In this document: piece after piece, positions 36,551 through 45,183 of the stretch
How the letters are laid out: each line of letters starts with the position of its first letter
How positions within the stretch are numbered: position 1 is the first letter of the stretch
From: an uncultured Bacteroidales bacterium
GTDB lineage: Bacteria > Bacteroidota > Bacteroidia > Bacteroidales > F082
Reading direction: 5' to 3'
NCBI GenBank assembly: GCA_947303335.1
Contig: CAMYYB010000004.1
Coordinates: 11,618-75,617, forward strand
DNA length: 64,000 nt
The notes under the pieces: generated by a model
Databases searched by the model: none
Seen by the model: the letters and a program-made list of their open reading frames with translations, nothing else
What the model was told of the DNA's origin: nothing
Position numbers and translations under genes: made by a program

Positions 36551-37597
36551 TTAGATATCAAGACTATTTTCTCGCTCTATGTCTTGTTTCAGTGCCAATA
36601 AATGCGTAAGCAATCCTTTATTGGCTATTTGATTCACTCGTTCTGCCTTAGCTGCACCCAAAACCTTCACCATGCCCTTTGACCATATTTCTTTAAGCGG
36701 AACCTCTTGTTTCATACTTCCTTTTCTCCAAAGATGCCTTTCTTCTGAAATGGATTTGGATAGTTTTCTTTTAAAATCCTTGAATGTTTCTGGTGTCTCA
36801 TCAGGGAAAAGCATTGGGAACCATTCCACCATCTGTTCAACAAAATTGGTGTTTGAAATTTTAGTTCTTGCCACACCTGACTCACATATTGCCTTTACAA
36901 TATAATACCATTCATTTTTAGAGGCTGGATTGATGCGTACCTCCTGTGGCTTACCATACATGATAGTGGCTTCCCCCATATCTATTGCGGCAGCAATCGT
37001 GTCCCGAAGTTTTGCCAATCTTGAATTTGAGTCAAAAAGGCTTACATTGAAAATAAAGTTCTTTAAGGGTTCTTCTTCAACAGGCGCATCTTTTTGCTTT
37101 CCCTTTGTCTTTGTACCAAAATGAATCTCGCCACCATCGTTATAGAAGAAGTTAATGATTGTACCCTTCTGCGAAAGCCGTTGTTCATTTATTTGACCCA
37201 ATAGGGCATCAATAGTCTTTGTCAAACAATACCACGAGAAAAACGCATCAAAATCAGAACGATCAATTTGACCGTCAAATACCATCTCTAGCACTTTAAT
37301 AAACTTTGCCTCGTCGTGTTGTTTGGTAGCACCATCGAAACAATCCTTCCAATATTGAAAAAACCTCCCATTGTGATAATTTTCCAATATAGCTTCACGT
37401 TTATTTCTTAGAAAACGCGACAATTCTTCAACATCATCTGGTGAGACATGTAGTTTCATCTCCTGCCAAAACGAATCCAAAATCTTTTTCCAAATAGGCC
37501 CATTCATGAAATCAATTCGTGCCTTATTGAAAAAACCTCTATAATCTTCGGCTTGAATGGCGGGTAAGTTGTATTTGTTTTCACTTATTGTAATCAT
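36551..37597 (-). CDS. Orphan protein, last gene of the NurA-HerA-GHKL-rSAM operon
   Basis: 348 aa from the ATG at 37597 (MITISENKY); the track start at 37621 is TTG. Overlaps the radical SAM gene by 17 nt. Mostly helical-looking with a K/E-rich linker (TKTKGKQKDAPVEEEP). No motif I can name. Confidence 0.5.
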   Translation of the reverse strand: MITISENKYNLPAIQAEDYRGFFNKARIDFMNGPIWKKILDSFWQEMKLHVSPDDVEELSRFLRNKREAILENYHNGRFFQYWKDCFDGATKQHDEAKFIKVLEMVFDGQIDRSDFDAFFSWYCLTKTIDALLGQINEQRLSQKGTIINFFYNDGGEIHFGTKTKGKQKDAPVEEEPLKNFIFNVSLFDSNSRLAKLRDTIAAAIDMGEATIMYGKPQEVRINPASKNEWYYIVKAICESGVARTKISNTNFVEQMVEWFPMLFPDETPETFKDFKRKLSKSISEERHLWRKGSMKQEVPLKEIWSKGMVKVLGAAKAERVNQIANKGLLTHLLALKQDIERENSLDI

Positions 37598-39524
37598 TTC
37601 TCTGGTTCTGTCGTGCTTCAAATTCCTTTTTCAATTTATATAGATCCGAGTGACAATCGGCAATATCCTTACGATAGTCTTTATAAAAAGACAAAACATA
37701 CTTATACTTCTCGTTATCAGTTAATTCTTCAATGTGATTGAAGTCATTCTTATAAATAATGGGCAGGAGTTCGTTTCGTTCCTCATCGGTCAACTCCGCC
37801 ATCGCTTTCTTCCATTGTTGCGTGTATCCTAAATCCTCAAAGAAAAATCGGAAAAGAAGAAATGTCTCTGGCATCAACAGCAACTCCATATACTCATCTT
37901 CGTCTCGTCCAAATGCCTTTTCAAAAAACGATACTCCCCGACCAATTTTTCCTTTCGTGGCATTAAGAATGGCCTGTACAGCCCGAATGTATTTTTTATT
38001 CCAATGCTCACCAATATAATCACGGTCATGGCTATGCTCTCCTCGTATTGGATGATACTTCATCGGGAAAGAATAAATGCTCACATTCATGGTCTCGCAC
38101 ATTTTAACATTCACACTTAGACGATGATACAAGTCAACAGGTTTGTCATCAAAATTATAGAGTAAATAATTCGAAAAATCACGCATACCGTGAGCCTTAC
38201 TAAGCTTTATGGCCTTTCTATATTTTGGTTCGGTTTTTATATTATCGAAAGCGATTCTAAGAGGACGCACGGGTATTTCCTCTAATAAAGACACGATTTC
38301 TTCAGTAAACAATCGGGCATCAACTCCTTGATTGAAGTCTACAAATCTTAATCGCCCCTTCAATCGCTTATATTTTTCATCAAAGTATGGAGCAAAGTCC
38401 TTATATGTTGCTATCAGTTCATCTCGCTTACACGTTTCTGGATGAAGGAAACCATGTTTCTCTCGCAAAGCAAAAACCTCCGTACGCATTTTTTCATTTA
38501 GACCCTTATATCCATTGAGAGCCTGTAACAGCTTATAACATTTTCGAATGTAGGCGCGATCATTCACGTGTAGCCGTAGGTTTCGAATGGCGATGTTATA
38601 TAGATTCGGCTCAACATACTTTGCTCCCTTAGAAAAGCCACACGATTTTATATCCTCAACAATGTCCTTTAATCTTGGTGAAGCTAACACATTGTTATCC
38701 ATAAGTAACAAGTTCTGCTGTTCACCATATAGACGTCGGGTACGATCAATTCGGTCGTGAAGAGGAATGTATTCCTTATAGTGTGGCTCTAACGTCCAAA
38801 CTGCACAGAACTTGCATTTGCGAATACATCCACGAGTACTGTAACTATAGTAGGAACCGCCATCAGGATATTCGTAATCTATCTCGTCAAGAATAGAATA
38901 GTCAAGTGGCAATTCATCAATGATGTACGGATTGTCTTCATCAATATCACCACCCTTGCCGTCTACAGCTTTTGTGTGTAAAGTACCACAATGAGGTTTT
39001 ATACCGGTAGCTTCTTCTATTTCCCTGGGCTGAATAGAAGCCAGCACGCCACCCACCATCAGATTCTTAAGGTCTTTTACCATCGTTTTTGCAAATTCAA
39101 TCGTTTCGATGGTAATGTCCCAATAAAACGTAAAGAGAGTGGTTACACCTACCCAATCCCAACGTGGATGTTTTTTATATTCTCCAGTGTGATAGAATGA
39201 TTTATAATGGTCTATCCATAATTGAATAAAAATGCTATCCTCAGAATCCTCTATTCCGATACTTTCAAAATCACTTTTCCGGCGATTGCGCAAATATGCC
39301 GCAATTCGGTCTGAACGAAGTTTCCAATCGATAGTATCGTCAACTTTCGATAATTGTTCAACACATTCTTCTGTGATTTGGCGAACAACAAATTCTGTAA
39401 GGTCTCCCTTATAGAACACAACATCATCTCCTCGCAATCTAAAATATGTGGCCAGTTTCATAAGGCCGATTGGAGGAAATTTATTTTTGTAGTTAGGTTC
39501 TAAAAGCAAGACCCTACGGCTCAT
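37581..39524 (-). CDS. Radical SAM enzyme with N-terminal B12-binding-like (Rossmann) domain
   Basis: CX3CX2C cluster motif in YSTRGCIRKCKFCAVW. It is preceded by RVLLLEPNYKNKFPPIGLMKLATYFRLRGDDVVFY, typical of the B12-binding-type N-domain of class B-like rSAM proteins. Confidence 0.85.
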   Translation of the reverse strand: MSRRVLLLEPNYKNKFPPIGLMKLATYFRLRGDDVVFYKGDLTEFVVRQITEECVEQLSKVDDTIDWKLRSDRIAAYLRNRRKSDFESIGIEDSEDSIFIQLWIDHYKSFYHTGEYKKHPRWDWVGVTTLFTFYWDITIETIEFAKTMVKDLKNLMVGGVLASIQPREIEEATGIKPHCGTLHTKAVDGKGGDIDEDNPYIIDELPLDYSILDEIDYEYPDGGSYYSYSTRGCIRKCKFCAVWTLEPHYKEYIPLHDRIDRTRRLYGEQQNLLLMDNNVLASPRLKDIVEDIKSCGFSKGAKYVEPNLYNIAIRNLRLHVNDRAYIRKCYKLLQALNGYKGLNEKMRTEVFALREKHGFLHPETCKRDELIATYKDFAPYFDEKYKRLKGRLRFVDFNQGVDARLFTEEIVSLLEEIPVRPLRIAFDNIKTEPKYRKAIKLSKAHGMRDFSNYLLYNFDDKPVDLYHRLSVNVKMCETMNVSIYSFPMKYHPIRGEHSHDRDYIGEHWNKKYIRAVQAILNATKGKIGRGVSFFEKAFGRDEDEYMELLLMPETFLLFRFFFEDLGYTQQWKKAMAELTDEERNELLPIIYKNDFNHIEELTDNEKYKYVLSFYKDYRKDIADCHSDLYKLKKEFEARQNQRNDYNK

Positions 39525-41122
39525 TTTGTCAGCTCCTTTTCAATCTTCTTGATAAGCCCTTCACGCATAGCCTCGTCTGCAATGGCGTTATATATCGCTT
39601 CAAATACAGTGTTGATGACATCTTTTTCCTTATCACCAAACTTATCATAAATAGCATTATCTGTTCTTAATTTCGGTTGGTCTATAGTTGATTCAGCAAC
39701 AACAGAAGCGCCTTGGAACAAATCGTTCATTTTTCTCCCGCTGACGCAGTTTTTTTCTTGCGGAGCAGGCTCAATAGGAGGTAATGTGCCATAAATAAAG
39801 CCAAGAGGAGAGCCGTTCTGCTCTGTTTCCTGTTTCTTCTTCTCAAATTGTTGGAGAGCTTTTTCTTTATTCTTCTTGAAACGCTCAAATTTTACATCAT
39901 CATCCTCAATTTCTTTTTGGGACAAGAATGAACTCGATTCTCGTTTCTTCTCTATAATTTTTTGCCCCTCTTCTGCCTTAGTAATATTCCTAATGATTCC
40001 TCTAATATTAGATGCTTCGTTACATAGTTCTTTTAGTGTAATAAAATCGTTCCTTACCATTCTCTCGAATGTGCTTCTATATTCGCATTCGCGAAGATAG
40101 TCACGTCTAGCATCTGGCATTAATAGTGAGGTCTCCACATGCAATTCTCCAAAGAAATACTGAGAAAACCGTTTGTCCCCTTCTGCCGTGAAAAAGTTAC
40201 GGCATGTGCGTTCATCGCCAACTTGTATGTTCTTGCAGCGTAGTCTTATCCCGTAAGCGATATTGTTGACTGGGATTTGTCCTCGCAGTTCAGATATTGA
40301 ATACCAACCCCAATAAATAAGATTACCATCTGTATCACGTCTGTCGAATAGTTTTATATCTCTGATGTCGTAATCTCCATTTCTTGCATCTTTAATCTTT
40401 GTTGTATAACCTTTGTAAATCTGCTCCTCGCCGTTTTCATCACCGACATATATGTTGTACACATCCAAGGTAATTCTATTGGTCTGTACATAACGTTTAA
40501 TTTGTGAGGAAAAAACATTAAATTGGGTCGGGTAATCAACAGGGGCAACCATTGATAAATAATCACGGATATTGTTTACATCAAGCAGTTGATCATCGGA
40601 AACATTCTCCATGATAACTTTGAAATAGTGCTTTTCCAATGCTTCTGGCTTTTCTTCAAAAGATGTGCAATCGTCAATTACATTTCCCGCCTCACTTTCA
40701 TCCATTTCATCATCTACAATACGATTCATCTTTTCAGCATCCCAATGCATCAAGGTTTTTACGCTTTCACCTTTATAAGTCGTTTCGAAAGTCAATGTAG
40801 TACAATAACCCAAACCTCCGAGACGGCCAATCCCACGAAATCCTTTCCGTTCCCCACGCCTCTTTTGTGAAGTTGCAACGTCTTTCAAGGTGTCACGATT
40901 ATTCGAGCTTACACCGGTAGCAGTATCCTCTATCTCGATTCTCCTTTGACCACGAAAGATTCTAACATGTATCTCGTAATAATCATTGTCTTCTAAATGC
41001 TGCTCGCGAGCTATGTCTATCTGGTCAGCCGCGTTTTGGATGTATTCGCGATAAATACAACGACTATCCTCATACATACTTCGCGTGAGGGAATCAATAA
41101 CGTATTTTCCAATTTTTGCCAT
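39521..41122 (-). CDS. GHKL (Bergerat-fold, HSP90/MORC-like) ATPase
   Basis: N-box YREYIQNAADQ, G1-like IEIEDTATGV and G2 box GFRGIGRLGGLGY. Start moved to the ATG at 41122 (MAKIGKY), because the 41320 start would overlap the HerA gene by 190 nt. Confidence 0.8.
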   Translation of the reverse strand: MAKIGKYVIDSLTRSMYEDSRCIYREYIQNAADQIDIAREQHLEDNDYYEIHVRIFRGQRRIEIEDTATGVSSNNRDTLKDVATSQKRRGERKGFRGIGRLGGLGYCTTLTFETTYKGESVKTLMHWDAEKMNRIVDDEMDESEAGNVIDDCTSFEEKPEALEKHYFKVIMENVSDDQLLDVNNIRDYLSMVAPVDYPTQFNVFSSQIKRYVQTNRITLDVYNIYVGDENGEEQIYKGYTTKIKDARNGDYDIRDIKLFDRRDTDGNLIYWGWYSISELRGQIPVNNIAYGIRLRCKNIQVGDERTCRNFFTAEGDKRFSQYFFGELHVETSLLMPDARRDYLRECEYRSTFERMVRNDFITLKELCNEASNIRGIIRNITKAEEGQKIIEKKRESSSFLSQKEIEDDDVKFERFKKNKEKALQQFEKKKQETEQNGSPLGFIYGTLPPIEPAPQEKNCVSGRKMNDLFQGASVVAESTIDQPKLRTDNAIYDKFGDKEKDVINTVFEAIYNAIADEAMREGLIKKIEKELTK

Positions 41123-41129
41123 ACCTAAA

Positions 41130-42800
41130 TTAATCGTTATAGTATTTGTAAATGGGTAGCGGGAAGTTGATGTGTAGCATTGAACGGAACACAGGATTCT
41201 GAATAATGTATTCACCTTGACGCATCCGAGTAAGCATTGTCTTATATACGCTTGGAACAAAACGGAAGTCCTCACGAGTAATCTCAATTGCATTAGTACG
41301 TCCAAATGCCTGTGTAGCACAATTTCCCTTGACTCGACGATGAATGTCGCTCACAAACTGCTCTGCTCCGAACAGAACGATGCCAAGTGAACGTCCACGT
41401 TCTGTAATATCAAGCAACTGGTGGAGTATTGGCGAAGACTTTGGAACATCACTTGATGCGTATTTGTTTAGCTCATCAATGAAGATGATAATACGATCTG
41501 GTATTTCTTCATCTGGTCGCTTTGAGGCACCAAGTTTCAGATTGTAAACAGCTCGCATCACATCACCAAACACAAAGCCTTGTGATTCTTCATCAAGTTT
41601 TGCCACGTCAATCACCATAACGTCATTCTTGTTGATGTTAGCAATTTCATCACGGAGTCGTACACCATCATCACCAAGTTTATTCGTAAACATCTGCTTG
41701 CACTTCTGGTAGCTCTTGTTAAACAGGCGATAGAACTTGCGCCAGCTCATGACAGATATTTCCTTTGTAGTATTCTTCTTATCCGACTGAGTATAACTCT
41801 TCACTACCTGCAAGAAGTCTTCCCAAGTCTCAACACCATAAAAGTCGCCACTATTGGCCATAATAAAATTCACGATACTTTCAATGGTTTCATTCGGGTC
41901 ATCTACATTGGCAAAAAGCAAATCCAAACACTCTTTATCTTCATCAGTCTCAAACAGATATTTGAATTGAGCTGCCGTTTTATTGGCAAGTCGCTCTTTC
42001 AATACACTCTCTTTTTCGTATGTGTAAGTCGTGTATTCCTTTGCAAATGGATAGTAATACTTCACTTGCTCAAATGGTTTCATTTCCATATTAAGCAAAT
42101 CGTACACAGGCTTGATAAGGTCGAGTTCCTTCTTGCGTTCATTCTTCTGGTCTATTTTCAAAAGGTCAGTACCTTTGACATTCATCATGATAAAAGCAAC
42201 CGATTCATTCCCCTTAATGGCATAATCTTGTATAGCTTTCATCAGGAACATAGCGTATGAAGTCTTTGAAGCCAAGCCTGAAATACCAGAGATATTCAGG
42301 TGAGCCCCCTCTGGTCCAATCAAAAAATGAGAGTTGAAGAATACTGGGAGTGTTTCCTTGTTCTCTCCATCATACATTTCAATGTAGCCTGCCGGCAAAG
42401 GATTCTTTACGTCCTTCAGGCCTAACGCCTCCATGATTTGTTTTTTCTCTGCTAAATGTACCTTCCTGCCTTCTTGGACGGGAATATAGATGCCTTTGTC
42501 ATTCCCCACCACCTTGCACTTTACATAATTCATGCCGATACGTTCAGTATATGATTTGGCATCAACATCGCCAAAGTCGCTGGAAATATAACCTGCCAAA
42601 GCACTTGGAGAATCTGTCATGTGGGATATTTCTTCTACCACACCAAAGGTTTTTGAATCTTCACCGCCCGCATCTTTTACATGATCAACTACTACGACAT
42701 CGAAAGGTTTCAATTTCAAATCCTTCCTTGTCCAAAAGGTGAACTCCTCAATAGTAGAGGGTTGTTTTTCTGTCGCAATGATACGTCCTATTGTTTCCAT
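41130..42800 (-). CDS. HerA-like (DUF87/FtsK-HerA superfamily) ATPase
   Basis: N-terminal barrel-like segment GRIIATEKQP...FDVVVVDHV, P-loop region LNISGISGLASKTSYAMF, Walker B RIIIFIDELNKY, and downstream GRSLGIVLFGAEQ. Confidence 0.75.
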   Translation of the reverse strand: METIGRIIATEKQPSTIEEFTFWTRKDLKLKPFDVVVVDHVKDAGGEDSKTFGVVEEISHMTDSPSALAGYISSDFGDVDAKSYTERIGMNYVKCKVVGNDKGIYIPVQEGRKVHLAEKKQIMEALGLKDVKNPLPAGYIEMYDGENKETLPVFFNSHFLIGPEGAHLNISGISGLASKTSYAMFLMKAIQDYAIKGNESVAFIMMNVKGTDLLKIDQKNERKKELDLIKPVYDLLNMEMKPFEQVKYYYPFAKEYTTYTYEKESVLKERLANKTAAQFKYLFETDEDKECLDLLFANVDDPNETIESIVNFIMANSGDFYGVETWEDFLQVVKSYTQSDKKNTTKEISVMSWRKFYRLFNKSYQKCKQMFTNKLGDDGVRLRDEIANINKNDVMVIDVAKLDEESQGFVFGDVMRAVYNLKLGASKRPDEEIPDRIIIFIDELNKYASSDVPKSSPILHQLLDITERGRSLGIVLFGAEQFVSDIHRRVKGNCATQAFGRTNAIEITREDFRFVPSVYKTMLTRMRQGEYIIQNPVFRSMLHINFPLPIYKYYND

Positions 42801-42807
42801 ATACTTT

Positions 42808-43980
42808 TCAGAACAGATTTATAAACTGAATATCACTCGTAAATCGACTTTTACAATAACTCTCAGCCATATACACAGGATAAAGATGATTTGCCCAACG
42901 GGCATCATTCCCGTAGCAAACAGGATTGCGTTCATTGATGATGTTTGCCGTTATGGTGTCTATTTCATCGGTCATCAGTCCGTTGTCATTCTCACTACCA
43001 GTCATTAGCATCTTCTCAATCTTCAGCACACCAGAATAAGGTGTTGTGGTATGTTTAATGTCTCGAATACGAACATACCAAATGGCAAAGTTTACATTAC
43101 CCCATTCATTTCCAGGACTCCAAAGAAAAGCCGGAGTGCGGTGGAACAGTGGTAGATTTGCAATTGCGCCGGCACTACTTTGGCCTTTGTTGTCTTTCAT
43201 TAAATTGGGATTGAAACGCTTAGAAACGCCGACAACGTGGCGATAATTATTGCGAATACGAGCCAATTCTTTATAGTCGCCTGATTTCATCGGTTTATAC
43301 TGAATGGAGCCGTCCTTTATCAGATAACTTTCATGAGTCAACATATGCTTACTCATCATTCTTGCTACAATACGTTTTTCGCAATCTACCATCTCATCTT
43401 GAATACGTGCAACACCTTTATTCTCCAAAGTTTCACGTCCCTCAAGACGAGTAAGGTACCAAAGCACCTTGCCAATCTCAATACCAGACTTCAATAATAA
43501 AGGCTGCTCATTCAACTTGTTCCTCAAATTGCCAAAGAATACACTATTGTCTACACCATCACCATTAGCTACTACCGGCAGACATACCACAGAGTACGCT
43601 TCTTCGTCTACATGTTGGAAGGAGCGGAACGTATAATCATCATTCATATCTCGTCCACAACATGCGACAGAGACTTGGCCACTAACAACGGGAAAGACTT
43701 TCTTGTCGTATTGAATATCATCCACCTTGTAAACACGACGTGAACCATCAAGGAAATACTTAAAAAGTGGAGGGCCTTGCCTACACAGTTCTGCCCTCAA
43801 AGTCATATCGCGCATCTTAGGATCGTGGTTACTCTCTGCATATTCCTTCATGTTGATGTAATGATCTTCATCGGTATCATATTCGATATTCGGGCCAGCC
43901 GAGTCATCATAGCAATACTTGAATGACGCAAAGCGTTTACCTTGAGTCTCACTTGCTATATAGTCCAAAATTTTACCCAT
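42808..43980 (-). CDS. NurA-like nuclease
   Basis: DGS motifs FLDGSRR and LIKDGSIQY as in NurA-domain proteins. Lies immediately upstream (7-nt gap) of the HerA-like gene, as in nurA-herA pairs. Start set at the ATG at 43980; the track start at 43986 is TTG. Confidence 0.55.
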   Translation of the reverse strand: MGKILDYIASETQGKRFASFKYCYDDSAGPNIEYDTDEDHYINMKEYAESNHDPKMRDMTLRAELCRQGPPLFKYFLDGSRRVYKVDDIQYDKKVFPVVSGQVSVACCGRDMNDDYTFRSFQHVDEEAYSVVCLPVVANGDGVDNSVFFGNLRNKLNEQPLLLKSGIEIGKVLWYLTRLEGRETLENKGVARIQDEMVDCEKRIVARMMSKHMLTHESYLIKDGSIQYKPMKSGDYKELARIRNNYRHVVGVSKRFNPNLMKDNKGQSSAGAIANLPLFHRTPAFLWSPGNEWGNVNFAIWYVRIRDIKHTTTPYSGVLKIEKMLMTGSENDNGLMTDEIDTITANIINERNPVCYGNDARWANHLYPVYMAESYCKSRFTSDIQFINLF

Positions 43981-44051
43981 CAACAAAACACTTTTTTACA
44001 CAGAATAAAAACATGTCTTACTTGCCCATAGGTCAGCATCGCGAATGCCAA

Positions 44052-44936
44052 TCATAGTGTCCTAATGACTTCTATGGTAAGCCCTGTGACATCGGCAATA
44101 TCCTCTTCAGAAAAGCCTTTGGCTTTCATCTTACGGGCATTTTCCATATTAGCTTCTGCTTTTCCCTCTGCTCTTCCCTCTGCTCTTCCTTCCTCTTTCG
44201 CCTCCATCTTTGCCGTATTGATGGCGTTGTTGATGTCGCGGTAGGCCTTTACGCTGTCTTCGTAGCCTCGGCGTTCCTCTGGTGAGAAACGGGCTATCTC
44301 GGCCTGCTCAAAGAGCTTCGTGAACACCTTCTCCTGCAAGGCCTTCGGACGCTCGAACAAGCGGGAAAGATTGCGTAGCACAAAGAGCCACTTGTCGAAC
44401 ATGTCCACCAGCTGGTCCTCCGTCTTGTTGAACTTCGGCATCTCAAGGTAGATGTACGTCAGCTTGTCGTAGAACACCTTCTTGGTCTGCGTGTCCATCA
44501 GCTTCACCTCATGATGCCAGCAGTTCTTGGAATACTCATCGCCGCGGAACTCAAAGTTCAGTATGCCCACCGTATAGACTTCCTTCAAGTTGAAATCCCA
44601 ATCGGCGCCGACTTTTGCCTGCTCCTGGATGGGGAAGGTGGAATAGAACACGCTGCGGTCCTTGAAGAACTGCTGGTAGACGTTCTGCATCTCAACGATG
44701 AATTTGCCACCATTCTCGTTTTCGCAATACACGTCGAAGATGGCGCGACGGCTGTCGCCATACGCCCCGAAATGCTCCGTGGGGAGGTATTTCACATCCC
44801 TGATTTTCTGATGTCCCATAAACAGGGCATTGAGAAAACTGATGAGCAAGTCCTTGTTCATCTCCGTACCAAACAGTTTCTTGAAGCCGAAGTCGGTGTA
44901 GGGGTTGATGTATTTCTCTTTGATTTCTTCTGACAT
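44052..44936 (-). CDS. Rpn-family recombination-promoting nuclease / PD-(D/E)XK putative transposase
   Basis: N-terminus YINPYTDFGFKKLFG and FDVYCE...FIVEMQ (D...ExQ/K core) are typical of the PDDEXK_2/Rpn family. The C-terminus has EGRAEGRAEGKAE repeats. Confidence 0.8.
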   Translation of the reverse strand: MSEEIKEKYINPYTDFGFKKLFGTEMNKDLLISFLNALFMGHQKIRDVKYLPTEHFGAYGDSRRAIFDVYCENENGGKFIVEMQNVYQQFFKDRSVFYSTFPIQEQAKVGADWDFNLKEVYTVGILNFEFRGDEYSKNCWHHEVKLMDTQTKKVFYDKLTYIYLEMPKFNKTEDQLVDMFDKWLFVLRNLSRLFERPKALQEKVFTKLFEQAEIARFSPEERRGYEDSVKAYRDINNAINTAKMEAKEEGRAEGRAEGKAEANMENARKMKAKGFSEEDIADVTGLTIEVIRTL

Positions 44937-44958
44937 GATGACCTTTGGTTTTATGCGG

Positions 44959-44966
44959 CAAATATA
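44959..44966 (-). promoter_or_regulatory. -7 box TATATTTG upstream of the Rpn nuclease gene (possibly also driving the five-gene operon)
   Basis: The reverse complement of caaatata, 23 nt upstream of the ATG at 44936. I found no TAnnTTTG match in the 71-nt spacer before the NurA-like gene. Confidence 0.45.
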
Positions 44967-45183
44967 GGAATAATTTCTTGTTTAATAATAAGCGCTACGG
45001 TTTTTACCGAAATTTTCACTCAGTCCTCTCCTTAGTGCAGCTGCATAGGACAAAGACCAGCATCACCGCCATAAGGGCAGACACAACACGGGATTCTGAT
45101 ATGTTGATGCGCTTAGTCATCATCAACTCATGCTTTCAAGGGGCAAAGATAGCAATAAATCTCGAAATCCTCTCATTTTTTTG

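Noticed and set aside
41123-41320. N-terminal 66-aa extension of the GHKL ATPase ORF, as given by the track start at 41320.
   Set aside because: It would overlap the HerA-like gene by 190 nt and reads as junk (MLHRHLDVLMQLRLL...). The Met at 41122 starts MAKIGKY, 7 nt after the HerA stop, and precedes the conserved N-box.
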